Source: Microcoleus sp.
GTDB lineage: Bacteria; Cyanobacteriota; Cyanobacteriia; Cyanobacteriales; Microcoleaceae
Assembly (NCBI GenBank): GCA_042408215.1
Contig: JAYFMW010000008.1
Span: forward strand, 192,001-256,000
Direction: 5' to 3'
Length of the DNA: 64,000 bases
Below the pieces are notes generated by a model. The model saw nothing but the letters and a program-made list of their open reading frames with translations, did not search any database and was not told the DNA's origin. Position 1 is the stretch's first letter. Every line of letters begins with the position of its first letter. Both the position numbers and the translations under genes were made by a program. Positions 51,162-59,855 of this stretch are shown one piece after another.

Positions 51162-51638
51162 GTGTTCAAAATGTTCTCTCCAAGCTCTGTAAAACGAACT
51201 GTTTTAATTGGCCAAGGAGAAAGCAGATTTTTGTGCAGCACCTCTACTGGCGTGCTGGTGACGGTATACCAAAACCCTCAAGGTGCGATCGAGCCTTGGA
51301 TTGAGTGGGCTTCGGATTACTTTGCTAGTTCTGGCTACGATCCTCTAACCCGCTGTCAACAAGTGACTCAGCGCCTGGATAATTATAACCGCAACCAACA
51401 GCTAAATTATGTCACTGTCGGTATGGTAAATAATCAGAAAGTGATTTGCACGACTAGCCGCGTGAATGGGCCTTGCGAAGGTTTGATCTACACACTGCGC
51501 CGCGATCGAGATCCGATTCCTGCACTTAGCAGTTTCTTTGTTTGGCTGGCGAATCAAAAGGCCTTGCCTTCTCTTTCTGAAAGCGGTACTATACCTTATA
51601 TAGATGTCCGGGAACGGCTGGAACGATTTGAGATTTGA
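51162..51638 (+). CDS. COP23-domain protein; start uncertain, no clear signal peptide
   Basis: RFLC...WASDYFASSGYDPLTRCQQVTQRL...G.VNNQKVIC. Confidence 0.75.
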   Translation: MFKMFSPSSVKRTVLIGQGESRFLCSTSTGVLVTVYQNPQGAIEPWIEWASDYFASSGYDPLTRCQQVTQRLDNYNRNQQLNYVTVGMVNNQKVICTTSRVNGPCEGLIYTLRRDRDPIPALSSFFVWLANQKALPSLSESGTIPYIDVRERLERFEI

Positions 51639-51850
51639 GATTTGAGATTTGAGATTAATTAGTAATGGGTAAACCCAGAAGCCCGACTTCGCAGAAGTTG
51701 TCGGGGATCTAAAAGAACTACTTATCAGCTTAAAATTTGAGATATTTCACTTATTTATCATTTACATAACAGAAGTGATGATTTTTTGGAACACGGAAGT
51801 TATAAAATTACTCTTACATCGATCGAATTGAAATTTTTTAGGTATCAAGC

Positions 51851-54091
51851 ATGACAGCAACTACCCCGAAGGCAACGTCAACAACGCCCGCTTTTTGCGA
51901 AGGCATTCAATATTTTTCCGAGACAGTACCTGGTTTTGAGACTTACGGGAAAGCACCTGCGATCGCAAGCGGAAGCAAATCGATCGCCGATCCAGCCGAT
52001 CCCGCAGCCGTCTTTCAAACAATGCTCGCAGCAGACGCCCTGCGCTACCTGACACTGCAAGTAACAGCCAGCAAGGCCTCTGGACATCCGGGGGGATTTG
52101 CTAGCCAAGCCGAGGCTTACGCAGCCTTGGTGATGCTAGGACACAAGAATATTGTCACCGAAGTCGGGCATCACGCCCCCGGCTTTTATAGTGCCATGTT
52201 TCTCGATCGCTCTTTAGAAGACATGGGAATTGTCAACGTACAGCAAGTGCGCGACAAATTCCGAGAAAAAGACGGTTTATTAGGACATCTTTCCGGCTTC
52301 ATTCCAGGTCTTTTAGCACCAGCCGGCCCCCTCGGACAAGGGCAGCATTTTGCCATGTCAGGAGCACTTTTGCACCGCGACAAACTGTTTGCTTTCACAA
52401 TGGGCGACGGCGGCATGGGCGAACCCTATCCGATGAGCAGCATGGGACATTTTCACACTGCTTATCCGAGCGTTACCAACTTTTTACCAGTGTTAGTTTG
52501 GAACGGATATTCTCAGGAACATCATAGCATGGTTTCGACTAAAACCAATGCAGAAATGATTGCTTATTGGCAAGGAAATGGTTTTGAAGAAATCATCTTA
52601 ATTGACGCTAAGGAATTTGACGATCAAAATCAAGCTGGAGATTATGTTGACAGCACTGCTTTTTCACTCGAACAGCGGATGGCGTTTACCAAAGCTGTTT
52701 TGCAAGGGGTTGACAAAGCAGCAAAATCTGCTCTCGGCGGCAAATTAACTGTGTTTATCATCAAACAGTTGAAAGGTGCCGGCGTGCACGCGCGCGGAGC
52801 AAAATCGCACAATCTTTATCCCAAAGATACGCTGGATGCACCACACATTGTCAGTGCTTTAAAAGAGCGTGCTTTGACTGTGGAAGCTTGGCAATTGGTG
52901 CGGACAAATGCTGAACGTGCGGGCGGCGGGCCGGCAGCAAAAACAGTGGTAACAGAGTTTGAATTGCCGCTGGCAGATTTAGGCGAATTGCCTTTAGAGG
53001 AATTTGCAGTTGGTGGTGAAGCGAAGGTTTCGACAACAGCAATGGGACGTTTGGTAGGAAAAGTCGGTGAGCGCGATCGGACTTTTATTGTTACCAATGC
53101 TGACGGTAATGAAGCATCGGGAATTGCCAACATCAACCAAGCCCTGAAAATCATTCACCCTACCACAGATGACCTGTACAATCAAGGGCCAAACGGACAA
53201 GTTTACGAACCTTTGAGTGAAGATGCTTGTGCAGGTTTAGCCGTAGGTTTGTCGCTATTCGGCGCGCGGAGTTTGTGGTGTTCCTACGAATCTTTTGCGA
53301 TTAATGGTTTACCAATTTGGCAAACAGTCACCCAAGCAATGGCAGAATTGCGGCGTGCAACTCCAGCTACTGTCACCTTATTTACTGCGGGTGCTTTAGA
53401 GCAAGGCCGCAATGGTTGGACGCACCAACGCCCGGAAATTGAGGCTTATTTTGCGGCGATGATGCGTAACGGAAATGTGTTTCCTTTGTTTCCACCGGAT
53501 GCTAACAGTATTCAAGCTTGTTACGATTGGGCTTTGACTGCTAAGAATAAGGGAATTGTGATTACTGCGAGCAAGTCGCCGCTACCAATTCGGACTACTT
53601 TTGCACAGACTCGCCAAGGTTTGGAAGATGGTGCTATTGTGTTGCATGAAATCGATCCTCCCCAAACCCCTCTTAATCAAGGGGGGAGTAAGAAAGTTGT
53701 ATTTGCTGTAATTGGCGATATGACGTTAATACCTGTGTTTGAAGCGGCCGCATTTTTGGAAACAGAAGGAATTGGAGTGCGGATTGTTTCTATTATCAAT
53801 CCTCGGCGTTTGTATCGTCCTAGTGATGTTGCTTGGGATACTTGTTCCGACGCTGACGGCGGCTTTTTGAGCGATGACAAATTTGCCGAATTGTTTGGTG
53901 GAGATGCCTTAATTGGCGTGACAGGCGGTGCTTCTGGGATGTTGGAACCGGTGATGCTACGGAGCAATTGTCGGCGGGATACTTTCGCTTGGAAGCGGGG
54001 GGAAACTACTGCTAGTGCTGGTCAATTGATGGCGTTTAATGGGTTGACTGCTGAGGCTTTGACTAAAAGGGCGATCGAGTTAGTTCATTAG
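51851..54091 (+). CDS. Phosphoketolase/transketolase-like TPP enzyme
   Basis: SGHPGG, GPLGQG, MGDGG...WNG TPP motif, GRNGWTHQRP. Confidence 0.9.
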   Translation: MTATTPKATSTTPAFCEGIQYFSETVPGFETYGKAPAIASGSKSIADPADPAAVFQTMLAADALRYLTLQVTASKASGHPGGFASQAEAYAALVMLGHKNIVTEVGHHAPGFYSAMFLDRSLEDMGIVNVQQVRDKFREKDGLLGHLSGFIPGLLAPAGPLGQGQHFAMSGALLHRDKLFAFTMGDGGMGEPYPMSSMGHFHTAYPSVTNFLPVLVWNGYSQEHHSMVSTKTNAEMIAYWQGNGFEEIILIDAKEFDDQNQAGDYVDSTAFSLEQRMAFTKAVLQGVDKAAKSALGGKLTVFIIKQLKGAGVHARGAKSHNLYPKDTLDAPHIVSALKERALTVEAWQLVRTNAERAGGGPAAKTVVTEFELPLADLGELPLEEFAVGGEAKVSTTAMGRLVGKVGERDRTFIVTNADGNEASGIANINQALKIIHPTTDDLYNQGPNGQVYEPLSEDACAGLAVGLSLFGARSLWCSYESFAINGLPIWQTVTQAMAELRRATPATVTLFTAGALEQGRNGWTHQRPEIEAYFAAMMRNGNVFPLFPPDANSIQACYDWALTAKNKGIVITASKSPLPIRTTFAQTRQGLEDGAIVLHEIDPPQTPLNQGGSKKVVFAVIGDMTLIPVFEAAAFLETEGIGVRIVSIINPRRLYRPSDVAWDTCSDADGGFLSDDKFAELFGGDALIGVTGGASGMLEPVMLRSNCRRDTFAWKRGETTASAGQLMAFNGLTAEALTKRAIELVH

Positions 54092-54185
54092 ACCTTTCCA
54101 ATAATTCTTGTGGAACAGGCATCCTGCCTGTTCAAGACTGGCAATTCTTGCGATGTTTATTAAGAAATCAGGACACGGCAGTGCC

Positions 54186-54396
54186 CATTGGTGTCAACTT
54201 AACGTCAAACCAAGTCAGAGACTGCTGTTTGACTATTAAGCCTAGATCCCCCCGCATTCTTGCCCCCTACTCCCCCTTAAGAAGGGGGGGACAAGATTCT
54301 TCTCAAAGTCCCCCTTCTTAAGGGGGATTTAGGGGGATCTGGACTCAGGTAAAAACGAGATTTATCAAGGCTTTCAGGCTTAAGTTGACACCTATG
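54186..54396. mobile_element. 211-bp MITE with 17-bp terminal inverted repeats and a 9-bp target duplication
   Basis: CATTGGTGTCAACTTAA...TTAAGTTGACACCTATG flanked by GGCAGTGCC at 54177-54185 and 54397-54405. Confidence 0.8.
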
Positions 54397-54499
54397 GGCA
54401 GTGCCGTGTCCCTACAATTGATAGCGGTAGGGAAACGGCAGTGCCGTGTCCTCTATATCATTCCGGCGCAGCCGGAATTGATATAATATTTAAAATAGG

Positions 54500-55108
54500 A
54501 TGGTGATACCTATGACAGCACAACTTTTAAAAGAAACAGTTACCCTTGCCGAACAGCGATTACTTCTACCCGGTTATTATAGTTGGGAGCAATTTGAGGC
54601 GATCGAATCTTTGATGGCAGACTCTTCGGGTTTGCGGATAACTTATCTTGATGGGTGGATTGAGTTTATGACATTGGGTGAAGCGCATGAAAGCTTTAAA
54701 AAAGCGATCGCTATATTGCTGGAAGCATACTTTTGTGAGTTCGGAATTACATTCTTTCCTGTAGGTAGTGCTACTCGCAGGGATAAAACCAAAGATGTTT
54801 CATTTGAACCTGATGAGTCTTATTATATAGGTGAAAAGAAAGAGCATCCCGATTTAGCAATAGAAGTGACGATGACTAGCGGGAGTACAAATAAACTAGC
54901 TAAGTATTTGCGACTTCGCATCCCTGAAGTCTGGTTTTGGGAAAATAATCGGCTTGATGTTTATGGGCTGCGCGAGGATAATTATGAGCAAGTTTCAAGA
55001 AGTGAGTTGTTGCCGGAATTGGATTTAGAATTGCTGGTGCGTTGCGTTTTAATGCCTTCAATAATTGAGGCTAGACAGGAGTTTATTAAGGGGATTCGGC
55101 CGCAGTAA
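54500..55108 (+). CDS. Uma2-family PD-(D/E)xK endonuclease
   Basis: RITYLDGWIEFM, EPDESYY, PDLAIEV, IPEVWFWE. Confidence 0.92.
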   Translation: MVIPMTAQLLKETVTLAEQRLLLPGYYSWEQFEAIESLMADSSGLRITYLDGWIEFMTLGEAHESFKKAIAILLEAYFCEFGITFFPVGSATRRDKTKDVSFEPDESYYIGEKKEHPDLAIEVTMTSGSTNKLAKYLRLRIPEVWFWENNRLDVYGLREDNYEQVSRSELLPELDLELLVRCVLMPSIIEARQEFIKGIRPQ

Positions 55109-55272
55109 TTTGGTTAATTAATCAGAGTTACGCAAGAAATCGTTTGATATGGTATAATCTACATGGTTAAAGACTGACTTTTTGTCAGGCGCAACGGAAC
55201 ACAGTAGAATGGCTAAGTATCCCTATTCTACAAAAATGGTTATACATAACAACATTTAATACACATTGAACT

Positions 55273-56394
55273 ATGTCCCTGCAAGATGAGATTGACAAAA
55301 CAAGGCAAGAAATTAGGACTGATGGCTACTCAATGTCTATTGGAGAGTGGATCAGCCTTTATGAGAAGAGTGAGATTGATATTCATCCAGATTTTCAGAG
55401 ATTTTTTCGTTGGTCCGATCATCAAAAATCAACCTTCATAGAATCAATCTTGCTAGGTATACCTATTCCACCAATTTTTGTTAGCCAAAGAGATGATGGT
55501 GTTTGGGATGTTGTAGATGGTGTTCAGAGACTATCAACAATATATGAATTTGTCGGTCTTTTGAAAAAAGATGAATCAGAAAAAGATGAATCAGAAAACA
55601 ATGCACATCCAGTAGCTCTACAAAAAACTACATATTTAGCTTCTTTAGAAGGTAAAAAATGGGACGATCCAAATGACAAAGATAATTCTTTCACTCAAAC
55701 ACAACGTTTATTGATTAAGCGCTCAAAAATTGCTGTCAATATTGTTGAGAAAGAAAGCGACAAAATGATTAAATATGAGCTCTTTCAGCGACTGAATACA
55801 GGAGGTTCAGTTGCTACACCTCAAGAAGTGAGAAATTGCATTCTTTTGATGTTGAATAAAGATTTATATCAATTGATGCGTTCACTTGCCGATTATGAAT
55901 CATTCAAAAAATGCACGGCTTTAAGCGATAGACTCTATGAAGAAAAGTATGATATGGAGTTAGTATTGCGTTTCATACTTCTCTTCGATCAAAATAAGAG
56001 CAGCCTTCAAAAGTTGGGTGGTGATGTTCACGTTTTCCTAACAGAAAAAATGCGTGAAATGGCTGTCAATAAAGAATTAGATTATCACCATATAGAAACC
56101 GCATTCAAAACAACATTCGATCTTCTTAATGAAACTACAGGTGATGATAGTTTCAAGAGATATAAATCTGAACAAGACAGGTTCCTTGGTGGTTTTCTAT
56201 TATCGGCATATGAAGTGGTAGCATTGGGAATCGGATATAACTATAAAAATCTACCTCAAACAAACCAGATATCTGATAAAATAAAAGGTATTTGGTCACA
56301 TCCAACTTATCAAAAATGGTCGGGTGCCGGCGTGAATGCTGCAAGACGTTTACCTTACCTGATTCCGCTTGGTAGAGAAGTATTTTCACCCTAA
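55273..56394 (+). CDS. DUF262 (ParB/Srx-like, GmrSD N-terminal) protein
   Basis: PDFQRFFRW, FIESILLGIPIPPIF, VVDGVQRLSTI, LFQRLNTGG. Confidence 0.92.
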   Translation: MSLQDEIDKTRQEIRTDGYSMSIGEWISLYEKSEIDIHPDFQRFFRWSDHQKSTFIESILLGIPIPPIFVSQRDDGVWDVVDGVQRLSTIYEFVGLLKKDESEKDESENNAHPVALQKTTYLASLEGKKWDDPNDKDNSFTQTQRLLIKRSKIAVNIVEKESDKMIKYELFQRLNTGGSVATPQEVRNCILLMLNKDLYQLMRSLADYESFKKCTALSDRLYEEKYDMELVLRFILLFDQNKSSLQKLGGDVHVFLTEKMREMAVNKELDYHHIETAFKTTFDLLNETTGDDSFKRYKSEQDRFLGGFLLSAYEVVALGIGYNYKNLPQTNQISDKIKGIWSHPTYQKWSGAGVNAARRLPYLIPLGREVFSP

Positions 56395-57053
56395 TGAGTA
56401 TCCGAACTGCTGAACAATTAAGTGATAAGCTTTCAACTGATCTTGCTTGGCGAAAGAAGGAACTTTCGGAACTCAAATCCTTGGTAGAAGCGAGAAATGT
56501 TTCTCCTCAAAGGCATAGTGCGTTGATTCGGAGTGGAATATGTATTCTCTATGCTCATTGGGAAGGTTTTGTCAAATTAGCATCAAATAGTTACCTAGAG
56601 TATGTTGCTATGCAAAAGCTTCGCTACGATCAGCTTAGTAGCAATTTTCTAGCTCTGGCAATGAAGACAAAATTGAATGAGGCGAGAGACACAAATAAAC
56701 CATCATTATATATACCTGTTTGTGATTTCTTCCTTTCTAACTTAAATACTAAATGCTCTTTGCCATACAAAGACAAAGATGCAATTTCTACTGCATCCAA
56801 TCTGTCTTCTGACATTTTGAAGGAAATAACTTGTACTCTGGGAATAGACTTTTCGGTTTACTCTACTAAGTCCGTGTTAATCGATATTAAGCTTTTGAAA
56901 ACAAGAAACGAAATTGCACATGGTAACTATTTGACGGTTGACAGAGAAGAGTATATAGAGTTACACGCAGAAATTATGGGAATGCTTGATGTATTCCGTA
57001 ATCAGATAGAAAATGCTGCTGTTAATAAGGATTTTATGCGGAATTCACCTTAG
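56394..57053 (+). CDS. MAE_28990/MAE_18760-like HEPN nuclease
   Basis: DLAWRKKEL, LYAHWEGFVK, RNEIAHG (Rx4H); TAATG overlap with the DUF262 gene. Confidence 0.88.
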   Translation: MSIRTAEQLSDKLSTDLAWRKKELSELKSLVEARNVSPQRHSALIRSGICILYAHWEGFVKLASNSYLEYVAMQKLRYDQLSSNFLALAMKTKLNEARDTNKPSLYIPVCDFFLSNLNTKCSLPYKDKDAISTASNLSSDILKEITCTLGIDFSVYSTKSVLIDIKLLKTRNEIAHGNYLTVDREEYIELHAEIMGMLDVFRNQIENAAVNKDFMRNSP

Positions 57054-57231
57054 ACGGGCGATCGCAACTCGTGCAATTATCGCAGTGTTTGGTATTTGCT
57101 GCGAAGGGCGATCGCTCTTGATTTTGGTGGGGCGACAGCTACCAATGTTTACTTGATGTTTTATCCTAAACCCGATCTTGCCAAAGCACTCTCAGGTAAG
57201 CTAGAATTGCAGGAAGTTTCTGGAGTCTGAC

Positions 57232-57459
57232 ATGGAAACAACGTTAAATATTGAATATCTTACGAACAAAGACGGAGATGTAAGCGCTGTGGTGATTCCT
57301 ATTGAGCTATGGCGACAACTACTACTACCTAATGAAGAAGTTTCTGTCGATAAACTCGCGGGTGCGGTAGAAGATTATTGCATGAACAAAGCAATGGATG
57401 AAGCTGTTAATACTCCCTTGCTAAATCGCTCGGAAGCCTTAGCTTATCTTGAGGAATAA
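57232..57459 (+). CDS. Putative antitoxin
   Basis: Small acidic protein (IEYLTNKDGDVSAVVIPIELW) directly upstream of a RelE-like fragment. Confidence 0.65.
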   Translation: METTLNIEYLTNKDGDVSAVVIPIELWRQLLLPNEEVSVDKLAGAVEDYCMNKAMDEAVNTPLLNRSEALAYLEE

Positions 57460-57464
57460 TTATC

Positions 57465-57584
57465 TTGGAAGTTCAATACCGTCAGGCTTTTCTAAAAGAC
57501 TTGAAACAACTGAAGAGTTCGACATCATACCAAACAATCAGCGCACTGTTTGGTATTTGCTGCGAAGGGCGATCGATCCACTGA
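57465..57584 (+). pseudogene. Truncated RelE/ParE-like toxin
   Basis: TTG start, MEVQYRQAFLKDLKQLKSSTSYQTI, then runs into a 29-bp repeat and stops at codon 40. Confidence 0.65.
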
Positions 57585-57590
57585 AGGGAT

Positions 57591-58115
57591 TTACCCCACA
57601 CTCAGTAATTCATCAAGCTTGTTCTTTAGTTCGGGCGATGCTATTAGTGGTCTATAAACTTCACCTTCATAGGGCTTCCAAACATATCCAAGACTGAACG
57701 GTCGAAAAAGCGAAGACGATCCAATCGCTTGCCAAACAGCTTCAGCTAAAACCAATCCTGGAAAAACCAAGGCCGATTCTTCAATCAATTCGCTATAGGT
57801 TCTAAACTCGTCTACTTCCATACCCACTAAAGCATACCGAAACGGCGGAGCAAACCGCAAACTCTGATACAGAAAGATACCTATTTCTGTCATTAAATAA
57901 GCACTTTCTGGAGTGTCTATCCCAATCTCACTGATGCCACTTGGACAAACTCGGCACCACCAATTTTCTTCTATATCCTGAAAAATTTCTGCCCGACATT
58001 GGGAATGTCTACCGTTTGAGATCGTCCAGGAAATTTGATTGAAATATTGAGCAAATTGCTCTGCTTCAGATTGCTTTGTCCCACATTCAGCCGATAAGCT
58101 AAACACCCATGCCAT
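57591..58115 (-). CDS. Hypothetical protein, possible immunity partner
   Basis: 174-aa ORF with GGGAG upstream, 30 nt downstream of 58146-58589. Confidence 0.7.
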   Translation of the reverse strand: MAWVFSLSAECGTKQSEAEQFAQYFNQISWTISNGRHSQCRAEIFQDIEENWWCRVCPSGISEIGIDTPESAYLMTEIGIFLYQSLRFAPPFRYALVGMEVDEFRTYSELIEESALVFPGLVLAEAVWQAIGSSSLFRPFSLGYVWKPYEGEVYRPLIASPELKNKLDELLSVG

Positions 58116-58145
58116 TGCTGTTCTCCCCTTGACTAAATTAAACTA

Positions 58146-58589
58146 TCAAACTTTCTCCCATTCGCTTTGTGTCTGGGCGAGGGCTGTTTCATATTTGTCT
58201 AAAAGCATTGTAGCGCTTGGCAAAATACTGACATGAGTTGGACTATCTTGTACAGCTTCAATATCTCCGACGATCTTGCTGTCGTCAATCTGCCAAAGAG
58301 GATCTTTTCCTGTGCCGCCAAATTTTGGGGGTTTGCGAAATGGTGGCAAGCCTTCGATAGATAGGGATACGGACATTCCTTTTGTGTTTCTTATGGCTAC
58401 AGTGACAGACTCCTCTGAAGACTTGCGCTCTGTTTCTGGCCGTAAATAACCTTGTTCATCCAACCATTCTTTGGGCACTTGCTCAACATCAATGTCAATA
58501 GCGGGTCTGACTCCCAGTAGCCTCGCATTGCGTCCGATTTTGGGTTTACCGTTTTCTTCTGCCATGCCTCGATAATAGAGTCTTGTCAT
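58146..58589 (-). CDS. Hypothetical protein, possibly Tse2/ADP-ribosyltransferase-like toxin
   Basis: YYRGM...LGVRP...GMSVS...TH(V)SILP pattern. Confidence 0.5.
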   Translation of the reverse strand: MTRLYYRGMAEENGKPKIGRNARLLGVRPAIDIDVEQVPKEWLDEQGYLRPETERKSSEESVTVAIRNTKGMSVSLSIEGLPPFRKPPKFGGTGKDPLWQIDDSKIVGDIEAVQDSPTHVSILPSATMLLDKYETALAQTQSEWEKV

Positions 58590-58895
58590 GAGCGTTTCAT
58601 CAGCCTAACACGATCGCCAGACTAATTATAAGGTAATTGCTGCATTGGTTTCACGCGATCGATCTTGATGCGCGATCGGGCGATCGCGTGAGGTGAGAAA
58701 CCGGGTTTCTGAACAAAATCTCGGCGGCGATGCTTTAGTTATCTGAGAAACCCGGTTTCTGGCGATCGCGTGGGGGTGAAAAACCGGGTTTCTAAATAAA
58801 ATCTCGGCGGCGATGCCTGAGTTATCTGAGAAACCAGGTTTCTGAACATTGACGCTTGAGTTAAACTGTGATATAATGAATAAAGTAACTATGAA

Positions 58896-59171
58896 ATGGC
58901 AATGGCTACACTTCAGATTCAAAATCTACCCGATGAATTATACACTCGTATTCAATGTCTTGCCTCTGAAAAAAATTTTACTCTCAATGAGGCAGTAATT
59001 CATCTATTGAAGCAATCGTTTGAGTCCGACAAGGTGATGATAGATCGGGCGCAAGAAAGCCAACTAACGTCAGCAATCCTACAAAGGATTCGCAGTCGTC
59101 CCAGAGTTAACCCAAGGGATTTTGGATTAACAGATAGCACTGTTTTGATTCGAGAGGATCGCAACAGATGA
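58896..59171 (+). CDS. FitA/VapB-like ribbon-helix-helix antitoxin
   Basis: MATLQIQNLPDELY...LIREDRNR; ATGA overlap with the PIN gene. Confidence 0.82.
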   Translation: MAMATLQIQNLPDELYTRIQCLASEKNFTLNEAVIHLLKQSFESDKVMIDRAQESQLTSAILQRIRSRPRVNPRDFGLTDSTVLIREDRNR

Positions 59172-59624
59172 CTGTTCCGCTGGTAATGCGTACTGGATAC
59201 AAATATTTGTATTAAGCAGTTTATCGTCGATCCTTTGACTCCTAAAGTTAATCAATTATTCGATTGTCTTGACGATCCGGCTGTTGAGTTTTTTGTGCCA
59301 GATCTGTTTTATATTGAGTGTGCTAATGTTCTTTGGAAGTATGTTCGAGCTAAACTCTACACTGCCGAACAAGTTCAGGCCGATCTAAGTGACTTAAAAG
59401 CTTTACGATTTCAAGTTACTTCAACCAAAGAGCTAATGAATAAAGCTGTTCAAATTGGATTGGACTATGGTATCACAGCTTATGATGGCTGCTATGTGGC
59501 ACTGTCAAAGCAAGTTACGGCACCGTTGCTAACATTGGATGAACGGTTAGTGAATTCTTTGACAGGTAGTGAGTTTGATGTGCAATTGTTTACAAATTTT
59601 ACAGTGCCGTCTTTATCTACCTAA
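59168..59624 (+). pseudogene. vapC: VapC/PIN toxin with a 5' frameshift
   Basis: ATG at 59168 (MTVPL) is one base out of frame with CVLDTNICIK... (from 59187); later IECANVLWK, TAYDGCY, LLTLD. Confidence 0.8.
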
Positions 59625-59855
59625 TAATTAGGATCGACTAAAAGATATGAGGCGATTTAATGTTTTTAGATGGTTAGAAATAGGCGATCGCACTTTTTTT
59701 GGTGAGGCGATCGCGTGGGGGTGAGAAACCGGGTCTCTGAACAAAATCTCGGCGGCGATGCTTGAGTTATCTGAGAAACCAGGTTTCTTAAGTTGCGATC
59801 GCACTGAAGCTCAAGGAGCGCCACTTCGTCCGCTACAATAAAGTCTTAGATGCTT

